A stretch of 63,014 nucleotides of DNA, the filler included, from Choristocarpus tenellus KU-1152 (taxonomy: Eukaryota; Protista; Phaeophyceae), in NCBI GenBank assembly GCA_964200185.2. It is 6 parts of 6 records of this genome, joined end to end, with 100 filler letters (N's around TTAATTAATTAA, not from the genome) between each part and the next. Parts side by side here need not be neighbours in the genome. Positions count along the whole stretch, not along the records: positions 28,810 to 31,440 come from CAXNAD020026126.1; positions 31,541 to 42,081 come from CAXNAD020002868.1; positions 42,182 to 46,593 come from CAXNAD020014677.1; 3 more parts are not named here. The stretch is one strand, 5' to 3'. The position numbers and the translations under genes are program-made. Within the stretch, counting starts at the first letter, position 1. Each line of letters starts with the position of its first letter. The notes beneath the pieces are model-generated. The model had not been told where the DNA came from. It did no database searches and was given only the letters and a program-made list of their open reading frames with translations. Of this stretch, positions 30,845 to 44,436 are shown one piece after another.

Positions 30845-30925
30845 GTAATGTTGACTGAGTGAAATAAATGTTATTGACTTAATTCGTGTGCTTCGAGTAA
30901 TGGGTTCGAATCTCGGGCGAGTGAT
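30845..30925 (+). pseudogene. Degenerate tRNA-derived sequence (tRNA-Leu-like pseudogene or SINE head)
   Basis: A-box-like TGACTGAGTGA, GACTTAA anticodon-arm-like segment and B-box GGTTCGAATC; stems do not pair properly. Confidence 0.35.
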
Positions 30926-31440
30926 TTCTTATTACTTGATATAATTGGTTTGACGGAGGGCTACTGACGTAGTACTAGTTACATAGGATTAGTAACATAG
31001 TGCGACCAACAGCGGAACACAATTTTGATGTGTCTGCTGACGTGTGCAATAAGATAATAAGAGAGAGCACCCCCCACCTCAAGGGATAGTGCTCACTCCG
31101 CTAATAAATACATCCATACAACATAATGAAAAGACTCTATTGGAATAGCTCTATTTGGCATAGATAACAGATTTCACCTCTACCAAGAACCCGCAATGAG
31201 AACCAGAAACCACCCAAACCAGTCCAGTAGTGGGTGGGACGGGACCGTTACCAGAACTGCACCTGCTCTCGTTGAATGGCACGTTCCAGCTACAATTTTG
31301 TGCCAGCAGTACCACTCATGTCTACAAGTGGAACACCAAACTAAGGTTCAAAACTTTCACGTATTCAAAAACAGGTACAATTGGTATTAGTAGGTGGATT
31401 GGGGGGGGGGCGAGTTCTTGGCAGCGGGCACTGTGCCTAT

Positions 31441-31540
31441 NNNNNNNNNNNNNNNNNNNNNNNNNNNNNNNNNNNNNNNNNNNNTTAATTAATTAANNNN
31501 NNNNNNNNNNNNNNNNNNNNNNNNNNNNNNNNNNNNNNNN
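31441..31540. other. Artificial contig spacer
   Basis: N44-TTAATTAATTAA-N44. Confidence 0.98.
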
Positions 31541-31577
31541 GTGTAGACCCCCCCCTCCCCCGCAGATACTTTGGGTC
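31541..31577 (-). mobile_element. MITE family A, partial copy at contig start
   Basis: GTGTAGACCCCC...CAGATACTTTGGGTC terminus. Confidence 0.75.
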
Positions 31578-31635
31578 AGGATGCAGTGATCCCACCTTGT
31601 GCGGATCAAGAGGGTCTGCTGTTTGTTTACCTTAT

Positions 31636-31894
31636 GAGTGAAAGTATCTTAGAGGGTACGAGTTTTGCCCTGTTTGTCCATTTGAGGCTTGGCATCCCAT
31701 GGGGTTTCCAATGACATTTTTCTACTCCAAAGTGTTTCGGAGTAGGTAAAATGTATGCATTATGAGAAGGTGTGTCCGGAACAAGGATATTGACACTTCC
31801 TATCAAATAAGATAGACAAAATTACATCAAAATCGCAACATTGGATTTTGGTCCCCACATGGACGCGACCCTACCCTCTAAGATACTTTGGCTC
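31636..31894 (-). mobile_element. MITE family B, full copy
   Basis: Same TIRs; perfect 4-bp TSD TTAT. Confidence 0.9.
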
Positions 31895-33339
31895 TTATCT
31901 CTTGAATACAACACACATATCTATGTTCTTGTTTTTACGTCTTCATCATCATTTCCAATGACATTTTTATAGCTCGAAAACCTTCATGGGGGAGATTAAG
32001 GAGTCAAGCTGCATGCTGCCTCCAAAAAAAATGTGTTTGGTGAAGAACTAAGAAAAACGATTTAGTATCATATTACTTTAAAAGGTAATCCTGAAAAAGC
32101 AAAATTCAACTACTATATATATCTCAAGAAAAATACAAAGATTATGGTCCACAAAGGTTTCATGCAACTTGAACCATGGTAGGTAGACCTGAGTGAGTTG
32201 GTCACCATCACAAGGCTTCGACCGGCCTCCGTTGCACGCTCAATGTCAATGTGAGATTTTGCAAAATCGTTGAGTATATTAGGCAGGATCTATGATCAAT
32301 GATGGACAAGAACAAATATCGGGTCGTGCTTCTGAATCGCTCTTCATTTCATTTGCTATCTCCAACATGCCCCCCCTTTAAGAGGGAAGGGTAGTTGGGC
32401 TAAGCAATTTTTGCAGTAGTGACTGAGGGTGTGACACTGAGTTGCATTCTTTGTTGATAAGTGAGGATAAAATACCCCTTCCATATAGTTAGACTACTCA
32501 GAATACAAGAAAGTATGTGGGCGCCTATCTCGGACAAGCATGTACACAACAGAATCACAAAGGGCACAATTCTAATATAGTTGCAGGTGCTGAGTAACTC
32601 GCACCCTTCTAACCAGTTTGTATACAAAACATACCTACGAAAACGTAACGCCCAACGCTAGGGTTACCGTAAAACGTTTGACCATATCCACCCTAAAACG
32701 TCCACTATCCATGACGGACATCCAGGCCGTTTTCATCTTCAAGTGTCAAACATCCACTAGTAGGACGAGATCTAGGGGTCAGCTGTTCTTAAACTTCCAT
32801 TGTCCACAACAACAACATTAGCTTCCATTAGCTCAACTACTACACCACAGAAGCGTTTTGTATACGAGTAATCGTTCTCTGACACACTACTTGCTTGATC
32901 TTTTCTAAAATGTAGAGAAGCATTATATGGAAGAAAAATTGCCAGAAAAAAAGAAAAGGAGAAAAGGAAGAAGACAAGTCTGCCGCAACTCAGTTCTTCA
33001 TAGCCTCCACTGTCAAGACAATGCTTTGTTGCTAAAATTCCGAGTTGTGTGCTGCGAGTAGTATTTCCGCTTCCTAGGTATGACATAAAGCACAAAAAAT
33101 ACTGTTACATCACACAGAAATCGACATAACCACCACGAAGCAGCTTTCACTCAACACATCATGGTACCAATATCGTTACAAACATTTAGATCTACGCAAA
33201 CTCAACCATCTTCAAGGAAACATATGGTCACGTACCAACAGTTCCTAGATAAACACTACATAGAAAGTGAACAAACCCAATTGCACACGTAAAATAGTAC
33301 CCCACCACTGAGCACAAGGCGCTCCATGGCTTCCACAGG

Positions 33340-36300
33340 TCAGGCAGCATCATCACTACCCTCTAAATACGGCGAGGCCATCTCCAAGTGATACCGTCGC
33401 GATGCCTCCTTGTGCCCTAGGTGGCGGTACTTATGAAGGATCCCCACCCTTGTGAGCTCTCGGATACGAACTGGGACTCTCCCCTCCCCCCCTCCTACTA
33501 TCCCTGCTTCTAAAGGACGTTTCCCCACATTTTCAGATGGGCCTGACACCATTGAGGTGGTGCCTTCCCTGGCGCTTGTGGCAGTTACAGAGGTCTCTAT
33601 CAGTGGGACAAAGAACGCCTCTGGGTCCGGCTTCTGGAAGTAAGCTATTGAAACCCTGCGGTTGGGGCCTGGTTGGCTGGGGTTGACAACCCTGTGGAAT
33701 AGGAATCGCAATAGGAGCCTAATATTGGTGGGCTGAGAAGCAGGACACATTATTTTTTGTTGTTGTTGAAGTGTGGTAATAGAATGTTATAGTAGCAGTA
33801 TATAGTTGCATTGGAAGCAAGGTGAGTGAACGTGACATGTGGGGGGGGGGGGGGGGGGGGGGGAGAGCAGGTTAGTGATTCTTGACTTTCCTAGAGCATC
33901 GAATTTTCAAACTCAAGCCCAACCTCTTTGGGCATAACTCTGCCTCAAAGTGTATGAAACTGATACGATGTCATCTTCAACATCACAGCACAGGCAGTTG
34001 GTTCTCTTGAACACTATTAGAATTACACTCCAGCACAATGTGTTCCACTAAGCTTCATCCAATCCTACATGAATATTATCCCGAACACAATCTGAAGACC
34101 TGAAGAAATTTTCCCCTTTACGCCCTCCCTCCCCACTACAACCAAATTCTGACCTGTGCTTGGTCGAAACATATTCTCCACCAGTCCAGAGAGAGGCCAG
34201 ATTGCCCAGATTGACCATGATGGCACCAGGGGACAAAGGTGGAACAGATGCCCATTCATTGCTCCTTGTCAGGATCTGCAGTCCCGCCCTGGACTTGCTC
34301 TCCGATAACACCTGAACATTTAATATCATAGAGGGTCAGGGCATGGGAATGTGCACTGTGTGTGTGGGGAGGAGGGGGGAAACTGCTTCCCTGAAAAAAA
34401 TTTATACTTCTAAGAAAACCAGTTTTTACGCACACGTCTCGTGTTGTACTTCTGGAGTGCCATTCATCACTTGTCGTAATCAAAATCACACACTCTGCGC
34501 CCGCAGAAGATCGTCTCAAGTCAAACTCCTCTCAACAACCCTGCAACGGCATTGCAATGTTCAGGGACGATTGCCTGGCTCAACACCAGACTCGAACAGC
34601 GTGCATCGCCTGATCACACTGCTTCACCGCAATCTCAACTCTCTGAATTAAGATTTTTGACCATGGGAAAAAGCTATTTCCTAAACTGCTCTCTGGGATT
34701 CAACAGGCATATCCAATACACACGCTGGGATTCAATGTAGTAATGCAATTCAAACCATGTTGCCGATCGTTGCTGAACTTCAACATACCTCACCCCCTCA
34801 CCCCATAGATATTACTTCCTCAAGAAGGGAGGGTCAACCCACCAAATTTGCTTTGTCTTGACTTGGGTATAGTATCCGAGAATTGAAGCAACAATGTGGA
34901 AGCAGCGGAGCTTTGTGATACACTTTGCTCTTGCCACTAATGGAGACGCAGTGCCCGTGCTCTTGCGAGCTACCCAATCCCCAATCTTGCATTCATTTTA
35001 AGAAAGAATCAGTTGCTTGTCCGTCTTCCTCACTCCCCTTCCACTGCCGCTCTACAGCTCTAACTTAACTCCAAGCACTCCTCCTACGCACTACAAACTC
35101 CCACAAATGACGTAGGAGGCGAGGATAAGCGAAACTAAAGACTACTACAATACAGGAGTAATGTTGCCGCAGCACACACTACTCCTACTTTCTTGATGAC
35201 TACGATGTACTCTTGTGCTTGCCTGTCTGATAAGCAGGGTCACCGTGCCTGAGTCAGCATGAGCCTTGACCCGGATAGGGCTGGCAATTCTCTCTCGCTG
35301 GAGCTGTGATGGATAGTTTGCAATCTGTTTGTGTGTGTGGGGATGGGGGGGAGAGAAAAGGAGGAGACAGACAAGATGACAAAGATGCTAAGATATCTGA
35401 AGACTGAAGGTAAAAGGGGAGGGTTGTGTAATTGTTTCAGATGGCATATTTACATAATCCAGGACTGGTGGGTGGGGTTCACTACATGAGAGTATACACC
35501 AAATGGTATGGGCTTGGGGTAGCAGTTTCCAGTGCACACAAGAATAATCAGAGTAATCTAATAAAAAAAGAGTTATAAATGGCATATTGTGATAAATCCA
35601 ATCAGAAGATTTATCCTCTTTGAGATTTCAGGAACTATCACTTGAAAAGGGCGCCTTCTTGTCCCTCTATTTTGAATCGAAACCTATGAATATCATCTGT
35701 GAAAAGCATTGCAAGGTAGGGTAAATAGGAAGAGGATCAGCAGCAGCAGCAGCAGCAGCAGCAGTACTGTATGCAATATGTACAACAACCACAGGGCCAG
35801 GGATGGAGGTCGGGCTGACTGAAATAGAGGCGGTTCCCAGCTGTAAGGAAAACAAAACACACATATGAGGCCACTGTCAACACTGCAGGAGCAGCAACAG
35901 ACTCTGACCACCCAACACTCTCAGCATGCTGTGCTCAGATGGCGAAAAAAAAGATTGAACGATGAACTGTACCACCGCGATACCCCCCCCCCCTCCCCCC
36001 TAGACCTCTACTTGTCAAAAACATCCCTCCATTCCCTGACTGAAACCTGAAGGTTAGAGCAGTGTCGTGAGACGAAGGGCTGTACAATCTCTGTCGACAC
36101 ATCCAGCGACCTTGCCACTGCTAGGAGGACCATCTCTGATGCACGTTCCATCTTCAGTGCAGTAATCATGGAGGCGTTGGTACGCACATATGTTTACGTA
36201 TATATGTACGTACACATTTAGCACAAAAGGGGCAATTGAGAGAGTGGCAGGAGAGTTATGTTGATCCGCTTGGGATGAGGCCACTCCTGAGTTGTGGTGG

Positions 36301-39251
36301 AGTTGAGAGTAGTGTGTGTCACCCTGTAGGCAAAAGGTGATCTTTGATGAAATACGCACGGTGATGTAAGAAGCAACAAAAAAAAGTAGTAAGTACCAAC
36401 AATTTGTAATTACTTCAAGGCACAAGACCTCCATCGCATCTCTTCCCCCCCCCCCCAGCTTCCCCCAATTGCCACAAAAATGTAACCCTGACCTTCTAGA
36501 AGTTGATTGAGTAGGGAGCAGACAAAATGGGGTTGGTGGAGTATGTCTATATTCAAATGTTGTTTTAATGCATTCCCCCGGGTTCCCCTTCCTGTCTCCC
36601 CTGGCCATTCTCTCTGAGGTAGCTATTCAGGTGCAAACCTTGATGTAGAGCTCTGAGAGAGCTGGTTCTAGACCCGGGGTCTTCTCAGGAGGTGGCCAGA
36701 CATTTCTTGGGAAAAAAAGCTCTTCTGTGTCCTGTGCCACCAATACAAACAACCAGAGGGTGAGGGGTGGAGGGGAGGTGAAGGTTTAGAGCATGAAAAT
36801 GGAGTCCCAGACATGTCAAGCTGCGCTGTAGGCTTTGCAACACGGGTGTGAGATTCGGTAAAGTGATACAAATATATACATATGTTCTTGGGCATATGTT
36901 GCGCAGTTCATTAGAGCTCGTTGATCCCACCTACACAGACAAGATCTCTTGTCCTTGTCTGCGGCAGATTTGGAGTATGTAACACTCCACCCTGTATGTG
37001 GAGAACGAGGGTATACTTGTAGTACTGTAGTGATGTAATATTTGCAGGTACTACTATGTAATACTCCAAGGTGGGAAGTGGATTGAGGGTGTTTGTGTTC
37101 AATTTAGATTGTTACAGTAGGTCAGTGGTCATGCCTGACCAGCTTATGATCATCTGAGCAACACGCTGACTAATACACCTACTCTCCTCTTCATCTTGAC
37201 ATGGACTCTACCCTCTACCCCTGCAGTTGGGCAGAAGACCAGACAACTGCTGACAGGCAACATTGTGGTTGCTCCCCTCCCCTCCCTTCCAGTATGGTCA
37301 ACACAGTCAAACTCACTAGGGCAGTTCCAATACCCTCCACCCCCCCCTTCCTGAGAACGAAAATTCTTCATGACCATAGTTGCTCTTGTGCTGAGCAAGG
37401 GAAAAGTAGGTCAAAATTGTTCAACATCCTTAACAACAGGCAACCACTACACAGTGAGCCTAAGCGAGAAATAGATCCAAATGCATCAAGTGATTGGAAT
37501 GAACCTTGCCTCACCTTACCCTGATATTCTACAGGGCAATTCTTGGGACCAATGCAGAACCGCTCATTAAGGATGCCTGATCTGGCACTGGGTTCCTGCT
37601 GGAGCAAGGTGGGGTCTACAAAACTGTTCTTGAATCCTTCAGGGTCTGCCTGGAAATTAGCACAGAAGCTCTTGGCATAATTCCTTTTCATGAAGGGTGG
37701 TTAGGGGTTGGGGTAGAGTTTTACAGTAGTGGTTGATATATTATGTGTATGATACATGGCTGAGAGGGGATGCATGTGAGATCTTCCTAAGTTTGAGTGA
37801 TAGTATTGGGAGCAACAACTTAGGATATGATGCCGAGGGAGAAATAAAAGACAATACCACTTGAGGTCAGGGTTGGGGTGCTTGTGGGGTCTGGGTGTGG
37901 GTGGAATTGAAGCAAATGTTGAGATAATGAAGGATATTTGCACTAGAGAACTGCACCAAAGTGCCGCACACACACCTTTTGGAACATGATGTGCGCAACT
38001 ACCAACGCAGTTTCAATGATCTTAGTTGGCAGGTCATCCCAAGAGTGTAACATACTTGAGAGTACATGCCTTTTTGGTGCATAATATGACTGCAGTGCTA
38101 CAACCAATGCCAGGTGTAATACCTGTGCTCAGGAGACATTTCCCACCCCCTGCTGCGGAGCGTCTCTCCCACAATAAGCTGTTCCTTCTCCTCTATAGTC
38201 AAATCGAACAGGTTGGTGCTAGCCTGGTATCCTCAGCAGAGGAAAACACGGCAAGACAATTGCGGCCACACCTCAGGCTAGAACAGTCTATTGGTGGTGG
38301 GGCGGAGGCGGAGGCGGGTGGATATAGACGACTCGTGTTGATGCGTAATGCTCCACATTGGAGGCGTAAGTTATACACTCCAACCAAATCAGGGACCCTG
38401 GGTGTCAATCATCAACTAGAAGCAATCGAATCGCTTTCTACGTGATGCTAGTCCCTCCCTCCCTCATCCCTTCCCCGACTTTCGTGGTGACCATAAACAG
38501 TGCTAGTTCCTGCTGCTGGAGCACGCCTCTCTCCACTAAAGTTCTCCGTTAGGAGGGCAGACTCTGATCGAATACGAGGAAGGACGCAACACACACCATT
38601 ACACCAGATCATCGAAACAGTCGGAGAGGACTCGGTGGCGTTGGACAAACTGATCTACCTTGACGGCCCTATTGATTGTCGACGGAGAAATCCCATGACC
38701 GGTGACGGCGAAAAATCCCACTCGACAGCACGCGTCCCTAAGTCTCGCCGTCTCAGCTTGGTCCTGTAGTGGTTTACGAGCAATGACGATCCTTCTATCT
38801 CAGGTCAGGAGAAAATCCTGAGATCCGGCAAAACATACGGATAAATAAGCAAAAGTACACATTCAAAGAAAGTACTCTTTGTACGCCAACATCCAAAGAA
38901 ATACATGGGGCATCGGTCGAGCAATATTTCATGAACAACCGATCATCCACCACAGCTAATGGGAATTCGTACTCAACACGAAAATGACCACTTTGGAAGT
39001 ATATGCCGTGCACCACGTGATGGGCATGGATGTAGGAGTAGAAAAAGCAACCATTTAATATCCTAAGGGTACTTTCTGAGAGCGGGATATCTCTAAGGTA
39101 TGGATGGTCAACTTACAGTGCGGGACAGGTCTATCAGAGGGATATCAGCAACTGGAAGGGTGAGCATGGATAATCCAGCGCCAGGATGTAGTTGCAAGAG
39201 AATGAGCCCCATAACAAGGGTAACGAACTTCTGTGGCCTGAAGAGATGCAT
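33340..39251 (-). CDS. 2-oxoglutarate/Fe(II) dioxygenase, IPNS/DIOX_N family, with N-terminal hydrophobic presequence; exons 39251-39117, 38763-38659, 38223-38123, 37683-37515, 36731-36639, 36151-36047, 35324-35223, 34311-34154, 33691-33340
   Basis: Phase-consistent splicing gives IPLIDLS, ACCRVGFFAVTGHGI, ERFCIGP, FFPRNVWP, ANYP, AHADSGTVTLL (HxD), GLQI, VNLGN...STKHRV (distal His) and RVSIAYF (RxS 2OG-binding motif). Confidence 0.88.
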
Positions 39252-39577
39252 GAGTCTGATGGCTCTGTAGATCTACTCTCTGGATGACCTTTACCTTGCC
39301 AATGCATACATACTTCAACTACATCACATAATTACATTTTACAATTTGATCTTAAATATTCGAATTGACCCACGGCCTCCCAAGTATCATGAGCGCCTCA
39401 TATGTTGTCCTCCCTACTACCACTACTGTATACTGGATCTCCTGGACCAGTCTCCTCCTATCCATCCCTACTGCTAGGTCCCAAGGGCCATCATCACGAG
39501 CTGGAAGGAGCTAGGGATCTTCCCAGCTGGAACAGAGGACGTACGGCATAAGGAAAAAGTTATTGTAGCGTAGTGAG
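39252..39577. promoter_or_regulatory. Putative bidirectional promoter between the 2OG dioxygenase and LRR genes
   Basis: Divergent ATGs 326 bp apart. Confidence 0.55.
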
Positions 39578-41120
39578 ATGGCCTGGGGTAGGCCTCAGGG
39601 CGTCGATGATCTCGTGGACAAGTTGCGCCGCAACGACACTGTACGTAAACCCACGCCAGCATCCCCTCACTCCCTCTATCTCTTTCCTTTCCCCATCCCC
39701 CTATCGCTGGTCACGAACTGGTATACCTAGATCGTGCATGTCGCTGTTGGATTTATTATTTGGTGTCCCTCCCACACTGTACTATATATAGTCCACCCAA
39801 CAAACATACCAGAATGTGCGTGGTCCATATTAATAGTTTTCGTGACTCGTTAGAGTGAGGCTCTTAGTCCATCCCATATCTTATCACTGAAAGCAAAATC
39901 CGAATATCACCTCGATGGCTCACCACGTCTACGTACCGATTCGGTATGTCATTGTACACCCATTATGATGATCGAGTGCTGTAGATCTAGTGACACCTCA
40001 GCCTGCCAGCTTACCGTTTCTTTCTCATCCCCCAGTAGTTGCCCCATCTTTTCAACCCATCCCTCCAATCTCATCATACGTTGGTCGTCTGACATCATGT
40101 CCCGAGTAGTTACAGATCAAGCTCACCGCTGACCTTGATTGGGCAGTCCTTGTTTTGGGAGACTTCATGGACATACAACAGGATGATAATGAGTGAGCAC
40201 TGTACTCCTCTAACATCAAAATCCCTTGCAATTGAATCGATTGAAGTCATGGGACATTGAAACCTAGCAAATCCCCTTCAACCATTCACCCCCTTCTCAG
40301 GCCAAGACTATGTGCCTCCTGACTAGCCGAAGGTTTGGGTCGGCAGATGTCGCGGCATTTACAGAAGCGTTGGCCACAAATACAACCCTCACCGCCCTCT
40401 TGGCATCTGGGCATATGCTTCGCCCAGACGATGCAGCGGCCTTTGGACGAGCTCTCTCACGGAACACAACACTGACGACTTTGTGTCTTGGGAACAGTGA
40501 TTTCGGAGATAAGGTAGGTTATGTTTAGGACGTTTTCGCTCCCTTCAAGGCTCTCTCCATCTCCCCCCCCTTTGTTTAGAGGTTGTCCTAAGACATGTGG
40601 TACATTGTTGCGTTGTTCACAATGACCCCAATTTTTCCCTCAAGTGTGGTTCAGTTTGTTTTTCCTGTCTTGTACATATAGTATGTCCATGCTAATGCTG
40701 CGATATGCTTCCTGAAATTGCAGGAGTCTATGGTAAACCTGTTGAGACCCTATGGCACCTGAGTGTCATGCATAGAACTCCTACATGCTACTGTAGATGA
40801 AGACAAGAGCCTCCTTGATGTATTTCCTCGTGGTCAAGTCAGTGGTGCCCCTACTTGGTAAGAGTTCAGCGATGTTTATATTTGTGACATGATAATAAGC
40901 ATGGAAGACTCAGACCTGGACATTTGAGTTACCTACTGCACCCCCCACTTGGACACATGATGATCACTGCCCTCTCTCTGCTGATTCCCCCCAGGGCTTG
41001 GCTCTTCTTGTTGAGGGACTGAAGGCAAATTGTGGGTTGCTTCAGTTGGACATGGAATTCAAGTCTATCACTTGTGGGGATGCTTTGAATGAGCTGCTCT
41101 CCATTCACCCCACCCTGCAG
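39578..41120 (+). CDS. RNI-like/NLRC3-like leucine-rich repeat protein, 3' part missing at contig end; exons 39578-39640, 40301-40513, 40995-41120
   Basis: MAWGRPQGVDDLVDKLRRNDT | ...AFTEALATNTTLTALLASGH...AFGRALSRNTTLTTLCLGNSDFGDK | GLALLVEGLKANCGLLQLDM: roughly 28-aa RNI-type LRRs with in-phase splice sites. Confidence 0.8.
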
Positions 41121-42081
41121 GCAAGACCATTTTCGATTATTCGCAGGGGTGGTACGTAGTGTGACCTTGCTGGGTCACAGGTCCTGGGTGATCGAAGTGT
41201 TCCTACAAGGTACTCAAAATGTGATTCTTGGACAGAGTTCAATTTGGTAGAGTGTGAGAGTGGTGTAAGGGGACGAGTAGCTGTAAATCGAATATGACAA
41301 GGAGTGACTGGTTTCTATCTACTTGGTGATGATTGAGTCAATATGATCCAACGAAAAGGGCAAAGTACTCAAGAGTTCTTAGAGGAATACTATGCATCAT
41401 GCCTTCCTCCTAACATCTACCTCCCCTTTATTATTGGTGGAATGTTTTGAGGGGGGTGAGGTGGAGGGCTTAATCTGCTTGGTGCATTTCCCTGAGGAAC
41501 CTGAATAGCTCAAGGCGTTGTGGTATGTTCACTCCAGCTGGGCACTAGATTGTGTGATATCTTAAGGGCATCTCCTTTGGAAGTGGTACTAGGGTGAAAG
41601 GACCCTTTATTTTTTCCCTACCATCCCCCTCCCCTCTTTGCTCTCACTTACATCCTTTGGCTGTAGATGTAGAGGCATCTTCATTGACAGATTCCTCTCT
41701 ATAGTGATTGACTCTCTTTCAAATATCTGATTGACTCTCTTTCAAATATCTGATTGACTTTTCTATAGTGCAGGCATGTTTTTCAATGAGAGACTGACTT
41801 CAACAGGTTGATGAATATTGCTTGACTAAGTCTTCCTGCACCTAAATGTAGGACCCAAGGTTGACTAAAATTAGGTCAATGTACTATGATCTATGCATTT
41901 TTTTTGTCCTTGTCTGACCTTCTGTCTCCACCCCCTCACTTCCCTATTCCTTTCCTACTCATGGTTCACCATGTTTTTTGGAAACATTTATGATTTTTCC
42001 CTATAATTTCCCATCCCCCCTATTTTTTTTTGTATAATCTGACATAGTATACTGTGTCAACACAATGTAGTTCCCCACCTC

Positions 42082-42181
42082 NNNNNNNNNNNNNNNNNNN
42101 NNNNNNNNNNNNNNNNNNNNNNNNNTTAATTAATTAANNNNNNNNNNNNNNNNNNNNNNNNNNNNNNNNNNNNNNNNNNNN
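42082..42181. other. Artificial contig spacer
   Basis: N44-TTAATTAATTAA-N44. Confidence 0.98.
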
Positions 42182-42409
42182 GGTGGGGAGGGGCGGGGGG
42201 CGGGCAGGGGGGGGGCGGGGGGGGGGGGGGGGGGGGGGGGGGCGGGTGGCGATTGTCTGTCTAGGGTACACCTTGATTCGAAGTAATTCAGTATGTGATT
42301 TTTGTTCTGTCTTTGATGTTCTGTCTTTGATGTTCTGTCTTTGATCTTGAAGACCCTATCTCTTACAAGCGTTGCTGCTGTTGTTGATTGTGTGGTGGCA
42401 TCTCTAAAC

Positions 42410-43061
42410 TCAACCCTAACCCTAACTCTTGTTAGCACTACGGGAGGGGCCCTAACCCTAACCCTAACCGATTTTCCTATTGGTGCTGTAGTAGCGTCCA
42501 TCCCTGAACCTTAGTGATTCTTACAGTACTATGAGCACTGCAGCAGTATCCCTATCCCTAGAAATTCTAAGAGTATTGTTAATACAATGGCAGTAGCCCT
42601 AACCCCAGCCTCTGATAACTGTAATGACTGACATTAATCATAGTTGTAACCAGAGAGTAGATCAAGTACAGCATTTTTTGTCTGTTGCTCTAAAAGTAAC
42701 CTTGAATACATCACTCTTGAGTACATAAGTCCCATGCCTGCGATACGCCCCCCCCACCAAAAAATAAATAAAAAATAACGAAACAAAACAAGAAAACCCT
42801 AACCCTAACCCTAAACTTTGAAATGCTGTGTATCATCCATAGCTTGTGAGATCAGGACCTTTTCATGGTGCCGTACTAATTTAAATTCAAACTGCTCTTG
42901 TGGTTCGCTGAAGTTATCCTAACCCTAACCCTAACCCTAACCCAAGCGTGATTCGCCCGCTTGTGACTTTCACTTTGGGCTCCTGTGTTGCTCAGGAAGT
43001 GTTAGGCATTGATTTGAAGTGTGGTGGGAAGTATCCCACTATATCCTCTAACCCTAACCCT
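42410..43061. repeat. Interstitial telomere-like (CCCTAA)n tracts; others at ~29871, 30756, 46735, 47335, 53546
   Basis: Runs of 2-4 units of AACCCT/AGGGTT, read directly. Confidence 0.85.
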
Positions 43062-44201
43062 ACATATTCTATTTTAATTCTTTCAGCGAGAGACTCGAAC
43101 ATTGATGATGCTTTGCACACTAACAAGGAAGTAAGCTCTCTTTTTTTTTGTTTCTCCGAGGGAACACATCTCTCTATGCCCTTTTTTATTTTTTTTGTAT
43201 CAGTGTGCGTACAAACAGCATTTTTTTTTTAATATTGTACAACTGGTACTCCGATCGTCGACCCTCCGTGACAAGACAATGCCTGCTGTGCCTGTCCCTC
43301 TCACCGGATGGGTTTTTTTTTTTCAAGTCTTTGTTACTGTCTCTCCTTGCACCCTACCCGATCGGGGTTGGACCGCTGCTGGGTTTTTTTTTTATCTTTT
43401 TTATCCAGTTCAGTGGAAAGTATTTTGTGAGGTTTACCCCTCCAGCGTTGTCGACAAATGGAACTTTTTTTTGTTTATTTTTGGGCTGTGTCCTGACAAG
43501 CCTTGTTCTAGGTTCAGGTTGGAAGGAAGGAGTTGTGATATGAGTTCCTCGCCAAACTTGGTCTTGCCCGTACACACAAGCAAATATTTTGTGCTGTTAA
43601 CAGTTGGTACTTTCCACCTTTTTTCTTTTCAAGTGTATAATCGGTCGGTACAGGGTGTTGATAAGAGAGGGAGATCGTGACTCTTAGACACAGATATCAT
43701 TACTAGTAGTACTAATAATACTAGTATTATTAGTACTATTATTGATAGTGTTATTATTATTTATAATAGATAGTAATATTATGTTTACGCCAAGATTCCA
43801 AAAGTCACAAAAAAAAAAAATGTTTTTTGTTTTTGTTTTTGATAAAAACGGACACAGAGTAGTGCGAGGAGATGGAATTTGGTTGTGCTCAGGGTGTGAA
43901 ATATGTTGTCTGGTTGGTGGGAAAGGTTTATGACACTGTAAGGTGTACCCTTCGAGTGTATGAGTGATTCCTAAACCGATTTACGCTCGTCAACTTAGAA
44001 TATTCTTTGGTGTTGGAAGGCCAGCCGTGGCCCTTGTGGAGAAGGTCAGTCAAAAACCATGCTATTGAATTTTTCCAACCTCTTCTTTAAGTTTTGAAGT
44101 TCTAGTAGGTCTTGGTCTCGACAATGATTCCAACCAGCTGAGAGGTAGACAGGGTTGTGTGTTAAGGATCTCGAGAAAGGGCAAAGGAGATCGATTTAAA
44201 T

Positions 44202-44436
44202 GAGAGATACCTAGGGTTGCATTTGAAGGATGCTGACAAAAGTGCAACATTTGAATTTTTGTTCAAATGCTTACAGGGATTTTACTGAATTCTTGGGGTG
44301 TCAATCTGTGTTTGGAAAGGGAGGAAATATCAATTTTGCATCAACTATTTGTGGTAATAAAAAAAATGTAAGTCTATTGAACAGGGTAAGGAAGACGGCT
44401 TAGAATGAAAAAAGGGTCCAAACCTGCCTACCTCTC
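44202..44436. mobile_element. MITE family C (GAGAGRTA...TACCTCTC termini); related copies ~44494-44690, ~46970-47200, 51510-51742
   Basis: Shared terminal and internal sequence among the four loci; flanks AAT/AAT at this copy. Confidence 0.65.

Noticed and set aside
38885-38932. Alternative dioxygenase start MKYCSTDAPCISLDVG
   Set aside because: The upstream exon 39251-39117 has the canonical IPLIDLS and a strong GTAAGT donor in phase.
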